From contig OZ242180.1 in NCBI GenBank assembly GCA_965205485.1, forward strand, positions 288,001 through 352,000: a stretch of 64,000 nt of DNA, in the 5' to 3' direction. The position numbers were made by a program, and so were the translations under genes. This document shows, piece after piece, positions 38,811-49,043 of this stretch. Source of the DNA: Candidatus Latescibacterota bacterium (GTDB taxonomy: Bacteria > Latescibacterota > UBA2968 > GCA-2709665). Position 1 is the first letter of the stretch. The number at the start of each line of letters is the position of its first letter. A model generated the notes under the pieces. The model was not told the DNA's origin. It worked only from the letters and a program-made list of their open reading frames with translations, and searched no databases.

Positions 38811-38822
38811 AGGTACATCGGT

Positions 38823-39566
38823 ATGCAAAGAGAACACCTCGTCTTCCCGATCTTCCTTCTGCTTTTTGCGGCCGTGAATGTCTATCTCCTGGCCGCCGGC
38901 AGCCTGGAAGCGAGCTGGTCGGGGTTCGGCATCATCCTCGCCGCGGGGATCACGCTGGCTCTGTACAGCTTTCTGTACAGGGACAATCCGCTCTTCAAGC
39001 TGGCCGAGCATCTCTACGTGGGCGTCGTCGCCGCATACGAACTCGCTCTGGTCTGGTACCAGAGCATCCTCGTGGACGTCGTCAATCCCCTGTTCCGACC
39101 GCATCCTGACGCCGGCGTCGACTGGTGGGTGATCGTTCCGGCGTTGCTCGGTCTCTTCCTGATGACCCGCTTTGTCGGCAGGGCGGTATGGCTCAGCCGC
39201 ATCTCGTTCGCCTTCTTCGTGGGACTCGGCGCCGGGTTGGCCATCCCCCGCCGCGTCGCCGCGTTCATCATCGAACAGATCGAGCCCACCATCCGCCCGT
39301 TTTCACAGGCGTCGGCGGACTTCGGGTGGGCCGTGCTGGATCCGGCGATCATCCTGATCGGCGTGTTGAGCGTACTGATTTACTTTTATTTCTCCGTTGA
39401 ACACAAAGGGGTTGTGGGCGGTATTTCCAGGGTCGGCATCTATTTCCTGATGGTTTCCTTCGGCGCTTCATTCGGTTATACCGTCATGGCGCGCATCTCC
39501 CTGCTCATCGGACGCGTGGATTTCCTGCTGGAAGACTGGCTGAATCTGAATCCGCCCCTCTTCTGA
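38823..39566 (+). CDS. Hypothetical multi-pass membrane protein
   Basis: [47 protein letters not shown]. Confidence 0.8.
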   Translation: MQREHLVFPIFLLLFAAVNVYLLAAGSLEASWSGFGIILAAGITLALYSFLYRDNPLFKLAEHLYVGVVAAYELALVWYQSILVDVVNPLFRPHPDAGVDWWVIVPALLGLFLMTRFVGRAVWLSRISFAFFVGLGAGLAIPRRVAAFIIEQIEPTIRPFSQASADFGWAVLDPAIILIGVLSVLIYFYFSVEHKGVVGGISRVGIYFLMVSFGASFGYTVMARISLLIGRVDFLLEDWLNLNPPLF

Positions 39567-39675
39567 CCCGCGTGTACCGGCGGTGAGAGATTCGGCGGTA
39601 CGAATTGCTCTCGCGCGCACGCGCCAGGTTCGGACGGAATCCGGAAAGATCGCATTATACACAAATGGCAGGTTT

Positions 39676-40674
39676 ATGTCGGAACCCCTCCTAACTGTCA
39701 GAGATCTGAAAACATACTTCCATACGGACGGCGGTGTCGCCAGGGCTGTGGACGGGGTCTCCTTCACGCTGAAGAAGGGCGAAACCCTGGGCCTGGTGGG
39801 AGAGTCAGGCTGCGGCAAGAGCGTCACGTCTCTGTCCGTAATGCGTCTGGTACCCGAACCGCCGGGGGAAATCGTCTCGGGCGAGATCCGGTTCAACGGA
39901 CGCGACCTGCTGAGTCTGGACGAGGCCGCTCTCCAGGGCGTGAGGGGCAACGACGTCGCGATGATTTTCCAGGAGCCGATGACCAGCCTCAACCCGGTTT
40001 TCACCTGCGGAGACCAGATTGACGAAGCCGTAATACTCCATCAGGGTCTCGGCAGGGACGCCGCCCGGTCCGTCACGGTGGACATGCTGAACCTGGTCGG
40101 CATTCCGGATCCCGACCAGCGGGCAAACGAGTATCCTCACCAGCTTTCCGGGGGGATGCGCCAGCGGGTGATGATTGCAATGGCCCTGTGCTGCAATCCT
40201 GAACTCCTCATTGCCGACGAACCGACCACGGCGCTGGATGTGACCATACAGGCCCAGATTCTGGAACTTCTGGACCGGCTTCAACGAGAATTGGGGATGG
40301 CCGTCCTGATGATTACCCACGATCTGGGCGTCATTGCGGAGGTGGCGGACCGCGTGGCCGTCATGTATGCCGGAAAGATCGTGGAAACCGGAACGGTGGA
40401 TGAGATTTTCGCCAATCCGCAGCACCCCTACACGGTGGGACTGCTGGAGTCCATCCCCACGCTCAATGAAGAGAAAAGCCGGCTGTCAGTCATTCCGGGA
40501 ACCGTGCCCGACGCCACCCGATTTCCCGCCGGATGCCGTTTTGCGCCGAGGTGTTCATTGGCGGAGGACGTTTGTGCAGCGGACGAGCCGCGCCTGGAGC
40601 CGACCTCGGGCGGCCGCCTTGTGGCATGCTGGATGGTCGAAGATTATCCATCTCCCGTGACGCGATCGGATTGA
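39676..40674 (+). CDS. Peptide ABC transporter ATP-binding protein, OppD/DppD-like
   Basis: [33 protein letters not shown]. Confidence 0.95.
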   Translation: MSEPLLTVRDLKTYFHTDGGVARAVDGVSFTLKKGETLGLVGESGCGKSVTSLSVMRLVPEPPGEIVSGEIRFNGRDLLSLDEAALQGVRGNDVAMIFQEPMTSLNPVFTCGDQIDEAVILHQGLGRDAARSVTVDMLNLVGIPDPDQRANEYPHQLSGGMRQRVMIAMALCCNPELLIADEPTTALDVTIQAQILELLDRLQRELGMAVLMITHDLGVIAEVADRVAVMYAGKIVETGTVDEIFANPQHPYTVGLLESIPTLNEEKSRLSVIPGTVPDATRFPAGCRFAPRCSLAEDVCAADEPRLEPTSGGRLVACWMVEDYPSPVTRSD

Positions 40675-40675
40675 C

Positions 40676-41665
40676 ATGTCCAGACCACTCCTCGAAGTCC
40701 ACGGCCTCAAGAAATACTTCCCGATCACCCGCGGGGTATTCTCCCGGACCGTCGGCTACGTTAAAGCCGTAGACGGCGTCTCTTTCACGATGCAACGGGG
40801 CGAAACCCTGGGCCTGGTGGGGGAATCCGGATGCGGCAAGACAACCGCGGGCAGGAGCATCCTGCGGCTGATCGAAGCCACGGCGGGCCGCGTACTGTTC
40901 AACGGCACAGACGTCTTCGGCCTGAAAAGCTCCGAACTCAGAGCCGTTCGACGGCGCATGCAGATCATCTTCCAGGACCCCTACAGTTCGCTGAACCCGC
41001 GCATGACGGTGGGTGGCATGCTGTCCGAAGCGCTGAAAATCCACAAGCTCACGGACGGGAGCGACACCCGGGAACGCGTGGCCGAACTCCTGGAAACCGT
41101 GGGCCTCCGGCCGGAATACGCCCGCAGGTATCCCCACGAATTCAGCGGTGGGCAGCGCCAGCGTATCGGCATCTCCCGGGCCCTGGCCGTGAATCCCGAT
41201 TTCATCGTTGCGGACGAACCCGTATCGGCCCTGGATGTGTCGATTCAAGCCCAGATCATCAATCTTCTCCAGGACCTTCAGAGCCGGTTCGGCCTTACCT
41301 TCCTCTTCGTCGCGCACGACCTGAGCGTTGTCAAACACATCTCCAACCGCATCGCGGTGATGTACCTCGGACGCATCGTGGAGATCGCGGAAAGCGGTAC
41401 CCTCTGCGGCAATCCGCAGCACCCCTATACCCGCGCCCTGCTATCGGCCGTACCCGAGCCGGACCCGCGCGTAAGGAAACAGCGCACGGTATTGACCGGT
41501 GACGTCCCAAGCCCGGCCAACGTCCCCTCCGGCTGCCCGTTTCATCCGCGCTGCCCCGAACGGGAAGACGCCTGCACGAAGATCGTGCCCGAACTGCTCG
41601 AAATCGACGGTACCCACAGCGTCGCGTGTATTCTTCGGACCGGGCAGCACCTCCGTACGGCCTGA
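40676..41665 (+). CDS. Peptide ABC transporter ATP-binding protein, OppF/DppF-like
   Basis: [33 protein letters not shown]. Confidence 0.95.
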   Translation: MSRPLLEVHGLKKYFPITRGVFSRTVGYVKAVDGVSFTMQRGETLGLVGESGCGKTTAGRSILRLIEATAGRVLFNGTDVFGLKSSELRAVRRRMQIIFQDPYSSLNPRMTVGGMLSEALKIHKLTDGSDTRERVAELLETVGLRPEYARRYPHEFSGGQRQRIGISRALAVNPDFIVADEPVSALDVSIQAQIINLLQDLQSRFGLTFLFVAHDLSVVKHISNRIAVMYLGRIVEIAESGTLCGNPQHPYTRALLSAVPEPDPRVRKQRTVLTGDVPSPANVPSGCPFHPRCPEREDACTKIVPELLEIDGTHSVACILRTGQHLRTA

Positions 41666-41823
41666 AATTGGAACTGTTCGTTGTCTTCGCAAGTCTAATT
41701 GTATACTTTTAAGGCCGAACCGCGGCCGGCGCCGGCAAGACGAGATTATCAACCTGCGCCCACGCGCGTCTTACGGGCGCCCGGCGGCCGCCCATTTCAA
41801 CACCCGAAGTCCAGGAGAAGCAC

Positions 41824-44800
41824 GTGAACCGATCCACGATCCTTTCCATCTGCCTCTTCGGCGCTGTACTAATCGGCATTTCGTCCGGCGCGCCGTCCCC
41901 TTCCGACGCCCAGCAGTTTCCCAGAAAATTCAAACACGGACCCACCGTGGACATTGCCGACGTGCCGTTGAACCGCACCATGCCCGATTATACATGGGAG
42001 CGGCACGAGCGTCATTTCTTCCCTTCCCTGCTCGGCCTGCACGTGCCGGGCGCACGGGCAATCCGCACGAAGTATTTCGCCATCTATTACGCGGAAGCGG
42101 AGAATACGGCGCGCCGCATCGCGGAAATCGCGGACGACACCTTCGAGAAGATATCCCGCCATTACCCCGGTTCCATAGAACGCTACGCCCCGATTCACGT
42201 GGTCGTTTCCGACATTGACATTCTCGGAAATGCCTTCTCCTTCTACCTTGGAAATCTCATCTCGTTCGGTTCCACGCCCCTCAACTGGGACTCGCGAGGC
42301 ACCCACGACTGGGTGCGCGACGTTTTTACCCACGAACTCACCCACCACATCACGCTCAAGGCCTCCCACAACAGCATGCCCTTCGTATTCGGCCTTCTCG
42401 GCAGCAGCCGCTCCAACCAGAACCCGGACTTCGGCTTCTTTCTCCCGCTCTACCACTCGGCCATGCCGAACTGGTACGCGGAAGGTATCGCACAATTCGA
42501 AGCTGAAGAGTACGGGGGTGACCTCTGGGACACCCACCGGGATATGATCCTGCGGATGGCCGCGCTCGAAGACGACCTGCTTTCATATACCGACATGAAC
42601 GTCTTCGGCAAAGACGGCTTCAAGTCGGAACAGGTCTACAACCAGGGCTATGCATTTCTGAACTACCTGGCCGACACCTACGGTCCGGATTCCGTGCGAG
42701 CCATGTCCCGCGACCGGCCGATCGTCAACTTCAAATCCTCCGTCAAGAAGAGCACGGGAATCTCGGCGCCCGATCTTTATGACGAATGGACCACGCATCT
42801 CGATCGCAGATACGGCGCCCTTGCGGACTCCATCCGGGCTGCCGGAGAGCGCGAGGGCGAACTGCTCTCCGACCGGGGCGACGTGGAACACTTCCCCACT
42901 TACTCGCCAGACGGCACGAAGATGGCGTTCATCAGCAACGAGGGCGGCGACTACGCGATCATGGAAATGCTCGTGATGGACCTGGCCACGCGAAAACTGA
43001 CAAAGGTGGCCAGGAGCCGGAAGTACGGGAAATACGTCAACCTGCCCTTTTCCTGGACACCCGATGGCAACAGCCTGGTATACAGCAAATCCGTCGGTGG
43101 CAACTGGGACATCTTCATCTACGATCTCACCACGCGCAAGGAGCGCCGGGTCACCGTCGGTCTGCGCGGGAGAGACCCCGCCGTGTCTCCCGACGGAACG
43201 GAAATCGCCTTCGTGGGGAACCGGGACGGGACATCCAACCTCGGCATCGTGAACCTCGACGGCACGGACATCCGCTATCTGACCAACAACAACAACGGGA
43301 CGCAATACTATACGCCCAGGTGGACGGAAGACGGCAGCAGACTGCTGTTCAGCATCTTTCGAGGGGAAGACCGGGACATTGCCGTAATCAACGCGGACGC
43401 CACGCCCAGGCCGAAAAAGACCGACACGAAGAAAACCGCGAAAGAAGAGCTGGCCGAACGCATCGCCGAAAGGAAGAAAATCGAAACCGAGGTGGACAGC
43501 GCCCAGGCGGAGGCAGACAGCCTCGCGCTGGCGGACGCCGCGCGTCGCGACAGCATGGTCGCGTTCCCCGACAGCCTGGCCTATGCCAACAATGCGGGCT
43601 TCGAAGTGATCATCAATACACGGGCCGACGAACGCGACGCGGTATGGCTGCCCGGCGGCGGCGGAATCGTATACGCCTCCGACCGGACCGGTATCTTCAA
43701 CATCTACGCCCTTGACCTCACAACGGGCAGGCAGGAGCAGCTCACCAACGTGATCGGCGGCGCCTTTTCCCCCTCGGTTTCGCCCGATGGCAACGAAGTC
43801 CTCTACTCGGGATACCACGCCGCGAATTACAACATCTACCGCATCCGGAAGTCCGGCGCCGCCGAGGCCGCGGGGGCCGATTCCCTGGTGCGGGACTACA
43901 GCAGCATCTACAAGGGCAAGAAAGTCGGCGACCTGTTCAACACCGGACGGTACGCCCCCCGCCTGGCCTCCATCGGCGTCGTACCCATCCTGGTGCTTGG
44001 ACCGACCTTTATCGGCAACCGGTTCGGCCTGGATCAGCTGAGCGCGGGCGCGGAAGCCACCTGGGGAGACCTCCTAGGAAGCGACAATATCTACGCCGGC
44101 TTTACCATTGGCAAGAACCTGAAGAAAGGCGTGGATCTGAACTCGAATTTTTCCGCGTTCTACACGAAGGGCCTGCCGGCGGTTCACACCGAAGACCGGA
44201 CGTACGCTCCCAGGTTTTTCATTGGCGCCAGCCAACAGACCATCAACAGCCATATCGATCGCGGTATCGTGGATTCCCGCCGCGACACCTCCTCGGGCAC
44301 GTTGCAGATCGTGATCGACGACACGCTCCGTCTGGTTCCCGGGGTGACCAGTTTCACCAACCTCTCGCTCACCCAGGAAGACATGTACAAAAACCTCTTC
44401 AGCGATTTTGTGGTGGGCGTTGAAGCCAGCATCGGCAGGCGTCAGGTGCTGTCAATGACCTGGGGCCACAGGAGGTACAAGGAGAGTACCCAAACGAAAC
44501 AGGTCATACTGGACAGCACGAGGCTGGTCCAGAACAGAGCCGGCGTCATTACGGATATAACCGATCAGATTCCGGGCCTGGGCGAAGACGAGGTTGTTTT
44601 CGACGATTTCCTGTATCGCGACCTCAGCTTCTTCAAGAGCAACGATGTCACGGTCGGCTGGCGATATTTCAATTTCCTGCCCGCGAAGGACATGTTCGTG
44701 AACCCGTCCAGGGGCAGGGCGATCACCTTGAGGTACCGGCGCATCAACGCCTCCGTCACCGACTCGCTTTTCAGGTCCCAGCTGAATCAGGACGGCGTTG

Positions 44801-45390
44801 CCGCCCCGACCTACATGTCGGACCCGACCAAGCTGGGTATCAACGAGTACATCTTTTCCTGGAATGAATTCATCGGTCTGCCTGGAAGAGCCACGCTGGC
44901 GCTGCAGGGATTCCTCGCCTACAAGGACAAGCCGATCAAAGACGTCCAGGAGAACACCTCCTCCGCCGAGGGCGTGTTCTACTATCCGCTGAGGTATTAC
45001 CTGGGCGGACTCGGCACACTCCGAGGGTATCCGTATTTCTCCACGGCCGGCGGGAAGGCCCTGCTCGCGAGAGCAAGCCTGACCTTTCCAATATTCAAAC
45101 ATGCGGCCAAAGAACTGCCGCCCTTCCACTTCGACAAGATCTACGGGACGCTCTTTGTGGAAACCGGCGCCACCGGGAATTTTGAAAGTCTCCGCGCATG
45201 GCTTGATTCAGAAGACAGGTTCAAACGTTCCGCTTTCCTGACCGACTGGGGTTTCGAGCTCCGCATGCAGATGTTCACACACTACCGCATCCCCCTTTAT
45301 GGTTATTTTCAGATCGCCTTTCCCACCCGCGATACCATTCAGGGCCGCGAGATCGACAAGAACCGGATCTACTTCGGCCTGACTATCTGA
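41824..45390 (+). CDS. Exported zinc-metallopeptidase-like, PD40/TolB propeller and Omp85-like beta-barrel protein
   Basis: Signal peptide, HELTH...WYAEGIAQ, repeated SPDG/TPDG blades, LGGLGTLRGY, C-terminal IYFGLTI. Confidence 0.75.
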   Translation: MNRSTILSICLFGAVLIGISSGAPSPSDAQQFPRKFKHGPTVDIADVPLNRTMPDYTWERHERHFFPSLLGLHVPGARAIRTKYFAIYYAEAENTARRIAEIADDTFEKISRHYPGSIERYAPIHVVVSDIDILGNAFSFYLGNLISFGSTPLNWDSRGTHDWVRDVFTHELTHHITLKASHNSMPFVFGLLGSSRSNQNPDFGFFLPLYHSAMPNWYAEGIAQFEAEEYGGDLWDTHRDMILRMAALEDDLLSYTDMNVFGKDGFKSEQVYNQGYAFLNYLADTYGPDSVRAMSRDRPIVNFKSSVKKSTGISAPDLYDEWTTHLDRRYGALADSIRAAGEREGELLSDRGDVEHFPTYSPDGTKMAFISNEGGDYAIMEMLVMDLATRKLTKVARSRKYGKYVNLPFSWTPDGNSLVYSKSVGGNWDIFIYDLTTRKERRVTVGLRGRDPAVSPDGTEIAFVGNRDGTSNLGIVNLDGTDIRYLTNNNNGTQYYTPRWTEDGSRLLFSIFRGEDRDIAVINADATPRPKKTDTKKTAKEELAERIAERKKIETEVDSAQAEADSLALADAARRDSMVAFPDSLAYANNAGFEVIINTRADERDAVWLPGGGGIVYASDRTGIFNIYALDLTTGRQEQLTNVIGGAFSPSVSPDGNEVLYSGYHAANYNIYRIRKSGAAEAAGADSLVRDYSSIYKGKKVGDLFNTGRYAPRLASIGVVPILVLGPTFIGNRFGLDQLSAGAEATWGDLLGSDNIYAGFTIGKNLKKGVDLNSNFSAFYTKGLPAVHTEDRTYAPRFFIGASQQTINSHIDRGIVDSRRDTSSGTLQIVIDDTLRLVPGVTSFTNLSLTQEDMYKNLFSDFVVGVEASIGRRQVLSMTWGHRRYKESTQTKQVILDSTRLVQNRAGVITDITDQIPGLGEDEVVFDDFLYRDLSFFKSNDVTVGWRYFNFLPAKDMFVNPSRGRAITLRYRRINASVTDSLFRSQLNQDGVAAPTYMSDPTKLGINEYIFSWNEFIGLPGRATLALQGFLAYKDKPIKDVQENTSSAEGVFYYPLRYYLGGLGTLRGYPYFSTAGGKALLARASLTFPIFKHAAKELPPFHFDKIYGTLFVETGATGNFESLRAWLDSEDRFKRSAFLTDWGFELRMQMFTHYRIPLYGYFQIAFPTRDTIQGREIDKNRIYFGLTI

Positions 45391-45412
45391 AACGCGTAGC
45401 CCTGGTACCGAT

Positions 45413-45448
45413 CGGGGATCGAATCTGCAGCAGATCGATCCCCGTTTT
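45413..45448 (+). terminator. Putative intrinsic terminator
   Basis: cggggatcgaatctg-cag-cagatcgatccccg followed by tttt. Confidence 0.6.
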
Positions 45449-45484
45449 CGCGCCTCTACCTGAAAACTCGATTTCAGCCACGGA

Positions 45485-45570
45485 TTTTTCGTCTCTTCGC
45501 CGTTCGTTCTTGCACGTTTTTCGCCTTTCGTTTTCTCGTAGTCTCGTCTTTTCGTATTCTCGTCCTCTCT
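45485..45570. repeat. Degenerate pyrimidine-rich ~8-bp periodic repeat
   Basis: ttcgtctc / ttcgtttt / ctcgtagt / ctcgtctt / ttcgtatt / ctcgtcct. Confidence 0.6.
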
Positions 45571-46440
45571 ATGCTTCCTCTCATTCGATCCCTCCGGCCG
45601 AACCAGTGGATAAAGAGCGTGTTCGTACTCGCCCCGCTCGTCTTTTCGGAACACCTGCTCGACGGGCGCTATCTGTTGCGCAGCGGCGGCGCATTCGTTC
45701 TCTTCTGCCTCATGTCGAGCGCGGTCTACCTTCTGAATGACATTCGAGACGTCGAATCCGATCGGCGTCACCCCGAGAAGCGCAACCGGCCCATTGCATC
45801 GGGGCTGTTAAGCCCTGGCGCGGCGTCCGCAGCCGCCATCGTTATCGCCCTCTCGGCGCTTCCGCCGGGTTTTCTGCTGAGTACCTCATTTGGATGGGTT
45901 CTGTTGGCCTACGGGCTGATGAACGTCGCCTATTCGCTCTATTTGAAACACGTCGTCATTCTGGACGTGATGATCATCGCTACCGGATACCTGTTGCGGG
46001 CCATCGCGGGCGCACTGGTCATCAACGTGGCGATCTCCTCGTGGCTCATCCTGTGCACGGTGTTGCTGGCGCTGTTCATGGGTTTTGTCAAACGCCGGCA
46101 GGAACTGATCCTCCTGGAAGCCGGCGCGGCCGAACACCGGCGCATTCTGGATGAATACACGCCGCGGTTCCTGGACCAGATGATCGCCGTCGTCACGGCC
46201 GGCGCTCTCGTCTCGTACGCGCTCTACACTATGTCACCCGACGTCGCACAGAAACTCGGAACGCCGCATCTCAATCTCACCATTCCCTTCGTGATCTACG
46301 GGCTTCTGCGCTATCTCTATCTGGTCTATGCCAGGAACCAGGGCGGTAATCCATCCTCAACCATTCTGGGCGACCCGTCGCTGATGATCAACGGCGGCCT
46401 CTGGTTTCTTGCCGTCTTTGCCCTGCTCTATTTCAAATAA
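45571..46440 (+). CDS. UbiA family polyprenyl-phosphate phosphoribosyltransferase-like protein
   Basis: LRPNQWIK, YLLNDIRDVESDRRHPEKRNRPIASG, AYSLYLKH, KRRQEL. Confidence 0.88.
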   Translation: MLPLIRSLRPNQWIKSVFVLAPLVFSEHLLDGRYLLRSGGAFVLFCLMSSAVYLLNDIRDVESDRRHPEKRNRPIASGLLSPGAASAAAIVIALSALPPGFLLSTSFGWVLLAYGLMNVAYSLYLKHVVILDVMIIATGYLLRAIAGALVINVAISSWLILCTVLLALFMGFVKRRQELILLEAGAAEHRRILDEYTPRFLDQMIAVVTAGALVSYALYTMSPDVAQKLGTPHLNLTIPFVIYGLLRYLYLVYARNQGGNPSSTILGDPSLMINGGLWFLAVFALLYFK

Positions 46441-46502
46441 ACCGGACCTTACCAGCGTTACCGCGCCGACCCCCAGGTCGGCAACGCTCGAAAGCGCTCA
46501 TT

Positions 46503-47774
46503 ATGCAGAGCCGGGTAGCTGTTCTGAAAACCAGACCTGAAACGGTCTTGAGAGACTATCACAGGCTCTTGAACCTGGCGGGGTACCAGGACGTCCTGGA
46601 CAGGAAGCTCGACACCGCCCTCAAGGTCAATATTTCATGGCACTTTTTCTATCCGGGCAGTTCCACGACACCATGGCAACTCGAAGGCGTGATCCGCGCG
46701 ATGGCAAGGGACGGCTATCGCAAAGACCTGATCCACGCCTGCCACAACCGAACGGTCGTCATTGACGCCCGGCTGGGTGAGCGGGAGAACAAGCAGGTCC
46801 ACGTTGTCAACGCCCACGGCCTGCGGAACATCCACCTCTACGAAGGCGAGGAGTGGATCCACATACGCGATGCAGTGGGCAATCTCGCGGACGGGTTCCT
46901 GTGCCTGAACCAGGTCTACCCCGACGGCTTCCATATTCCCCGCCGCCTGATCGGGGAAAACATCGTCCACCTGCCCACTGTAAAGACGCACGTCTTTACG
47001 ACCACAACCGGAGCAATGAAAAATGCCTTCGGCGGCCTCCTCAACGAACGGCGCCACTGGACCCATCCGGTTATCCACGAGACCCTCGTGGACCTGCTGA
47101 TGATTCAGAAGAAAATCCATCCCGGCGTATTCGCGGTGATGGACGGGACTTTCGCCGGAGACGGGCCCGGTCCCCGATGCATGATACCCTATACCAAAAA
47201 CGTCATCCTTGCGAGCGCCGACCAGGTCGCCATCGATGCGGTTGCCGCCAGGATGATGGGGATGGATCCGCTATCCATCAAATACATCCGGCTCGCCCAC
47301 GACATGGGCCTGGGTTGCGGCGACCCGCGCGGGATCCGGATTTTGGGTGATACCTCCGCGGCCGAAGAAAACTGGCAATTCGCGGGTCCCTTCCGCAAAA
47401 TGACGTTCGCATCCCGAATGCAGCACAAGATCTATTGGGGACCACTCAAGAAGCCTGTCGAGTGGTCTCTCAAGACCTTCCTTGCGCCGTGGTCCTACCT
47501 GGCCAGCGTCCTCTACCACGACACCTTCTGGTATCCGTTTCTGGCCCGAAAACGAATGCGGGATGTTCTGGAAAGCGAGTGGGGCCGGCTCTTCAGGAAC
47601 TGGGAGCGTCTCGGCTCCACGGACGACGGCTACGACACCGTGGGAGATACCGCCGCCGAGATCCGCCGGACCGGATTCAACGCATTCAGGCGCTCTCTTG
47701 GCGTCCTGGTTTCCTGCATTCGAGAGGCCCCGGAATTCCTCACGCTGCGAAAGCGGCAGATGCATGAGAAGTAG
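46503..47774 (+). CDS. DUF362 domain protein
   Basis: LKVN, LPTVKTH..TTGAMKNAFG, MDG..GDGPGP, DQVAIDA. Confidence 0.82.
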   Translation: MQSRVAVLKTRPETVLRDYHRLLNLAGYQDVLDRKLDTALKVNISWHFFYPGSSTTPWQLEGVIRAMARDGYRKDLIHACHNRTVVIDARLGERENKQVHVVNAHGLRNIHLYEGEEWIHIRDAVGNLADGFLCLNQVYPDGFHIPRRLIGENIVHLPTVKTHVFTTTTGAMKNAFGGLLNERRHWTHPVIHETLVDLLMIQKKIHPGVFAVMDGTFAGDGPGPRCMIPYTKNVILASADQVAIDAVAARMMGMDPLSIKYIRLAHDMGLGCGDPRGIRILGDTSAAEENWQFAGPFRKMTFASRMQHKIYWGPLKKPVEWSLKTFLAPWSYLASVLYHDTFWYPFLARKRMRDVLESEWGRLFRNWERLGSTDDGYDTVGDTAAEIRRTGFNAFRRSLGVLVSCIREAPEFLTLRKRQMHEK

Positions 47775-48850
47775 TGCAACCTCCACGATCCATGCGCGCG
47801 CCTTCCTCCGAGCCGACGATCGAGGTCATCAGACGGATCGCTCCCACCAACCCGGGCGGCGGGTCCCCGGTTGAAGATGTCCGACCCATCCCCGGTCACC
47901 CTGACGTCTGGATAGTCACCCTCGTCGACGGTTCATTCCTCGTTGCCAAACAACACGCTTTCGCTCCTCTGGTACGCGGCGAACCTCACGACCTGCTGGC
48001 CGTTGAACGGCTCGCGCACGCACGCCTGTCCGGGGCGCCAGTCCCGACGCTATATGCTGCCGACAGTGACCACGACCTGGTCTTTTTCGAGTGGTGCGGC
48101 GACCGCACGCTCGACGACGTCTGCCAGGAGGGGGCTGCGGGAGTCTACGGCCGTCTGGTCGTTGATGGCTTTACCCGGATTCAATCCGCGTTTCACGAAC
48201 ATGTCGACGATTTCGCCCCGCGTACCTTTCCGGGGTGTTACCCGCAGGACCTGCGCCGGACGTGGCGGCGAACAACCCGAAATCTCGCCGGATCCCTGAC
48301 CAGCTTCGCCGAACGGCTTTCTCGATCCGTGCATCGAAGGCGTTTCACCGCGGAATCAGATACGCTAACCGAGCTTCTCCAATTCCTCGAACAGGCAGCG
48401 CCGCTGGCCGGTCCAACCGACTACCACGCACGCAACATCGTCATCAACCGGGCCACGCGATCGCTCCGTTTCATCGAATTCTCCAAGGTCGGCTGGGACT
48501 GGCCCGAACGCCGGCTCACACAGTATACAACCTCCCACGGCGCCGGGCGACTGACCGGCGGAACTGTCAGCGTGCTGACGCCTGCCCTGACCGGGCGATA
48601 TGCCGCGCTTGCATCGAAATACCGCGAGGAGCCACCCGAGCAGATTGCGGCCCTTCTGGACGGGCACCATTTCGTCTTTCACCTCCTGGCCGCTCAATCT
48701 CTCCTCGACGCCCTGCCCGATCCCCGGCATCCGCTGCTGGACAGGTGGCGGAACCCCGAGGCGCGCCTGGAACAACTGCGACGAATCCTCTCGATGCCCC
48801 TCTGCGACGATCCCCGGACGTCCGAGCTTCGATCCTGCTTTAAATCCTGA
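47774..48850 (+). CDS. Aminoglycoside-phosphotransferase/kinase-like protein (start uncertain)
   Basis: LVAK, VPTLYAAD, DYHARNIV catalytic-loop-like motif, FIEFSKVGW in place of D-F. Confidence 0.6.
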   Translation: MQPPRSMRAPSSEPTIEVIRRIAPTNPGGGSPVEDVRPIPGHPDVWIVTLVDGSFLVAKQHAFAPLVRGEPHDLLAVERLAHARLSGAPVPTLYAADSDHDLVFFEWCGDRTLDDVCQEGAAGVYGRLVVDGFTRIQSAFHEHVDDFAPRTFPGCYPQDLRRTWRRTTRNLAGSLTSFAERLSRSVHRRRFTAESDTLTELLQFLEQAAPLAGPTDYHARNIVINRATRSLRFIEFSKVGWDWPERRLTQYTTSHGAGRLTGGTVSVLTPALTGRYAALASKYREEPPEQIAALLDGHHFVFHLLAAQSLLDALPDPRHPLLDRWRNPEARLEQLRRILSMPLCDDPRTSELRSCFKS

Positions 48851-48959
48851 TCTCGCCACGAGTCCCGCCCACGATTGACCACCACATGGTGAATAATCTT
48901 CCGCTCCGTTTGCCAGCGAATCGGCAGATGGCGTATCACGACATGAACGCCCAAAGTGG

Positions 48960-48988
48960 TTGACATCCCCCCGCAATTGGCCTATCGT
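48960..48988 (+). promoter_or_regulatory. Putative sigma70 promoter
   Basis: TTGACA-17 nt-TATCGT upstream of ATG 49044. Confidence 0.55.
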
Positions 48989-49043
48989 AATTTCCGAAGG
49001 ATCGAGCGCCCCTGTCTCCCTTCATCTCATAAAAATTACAAAT

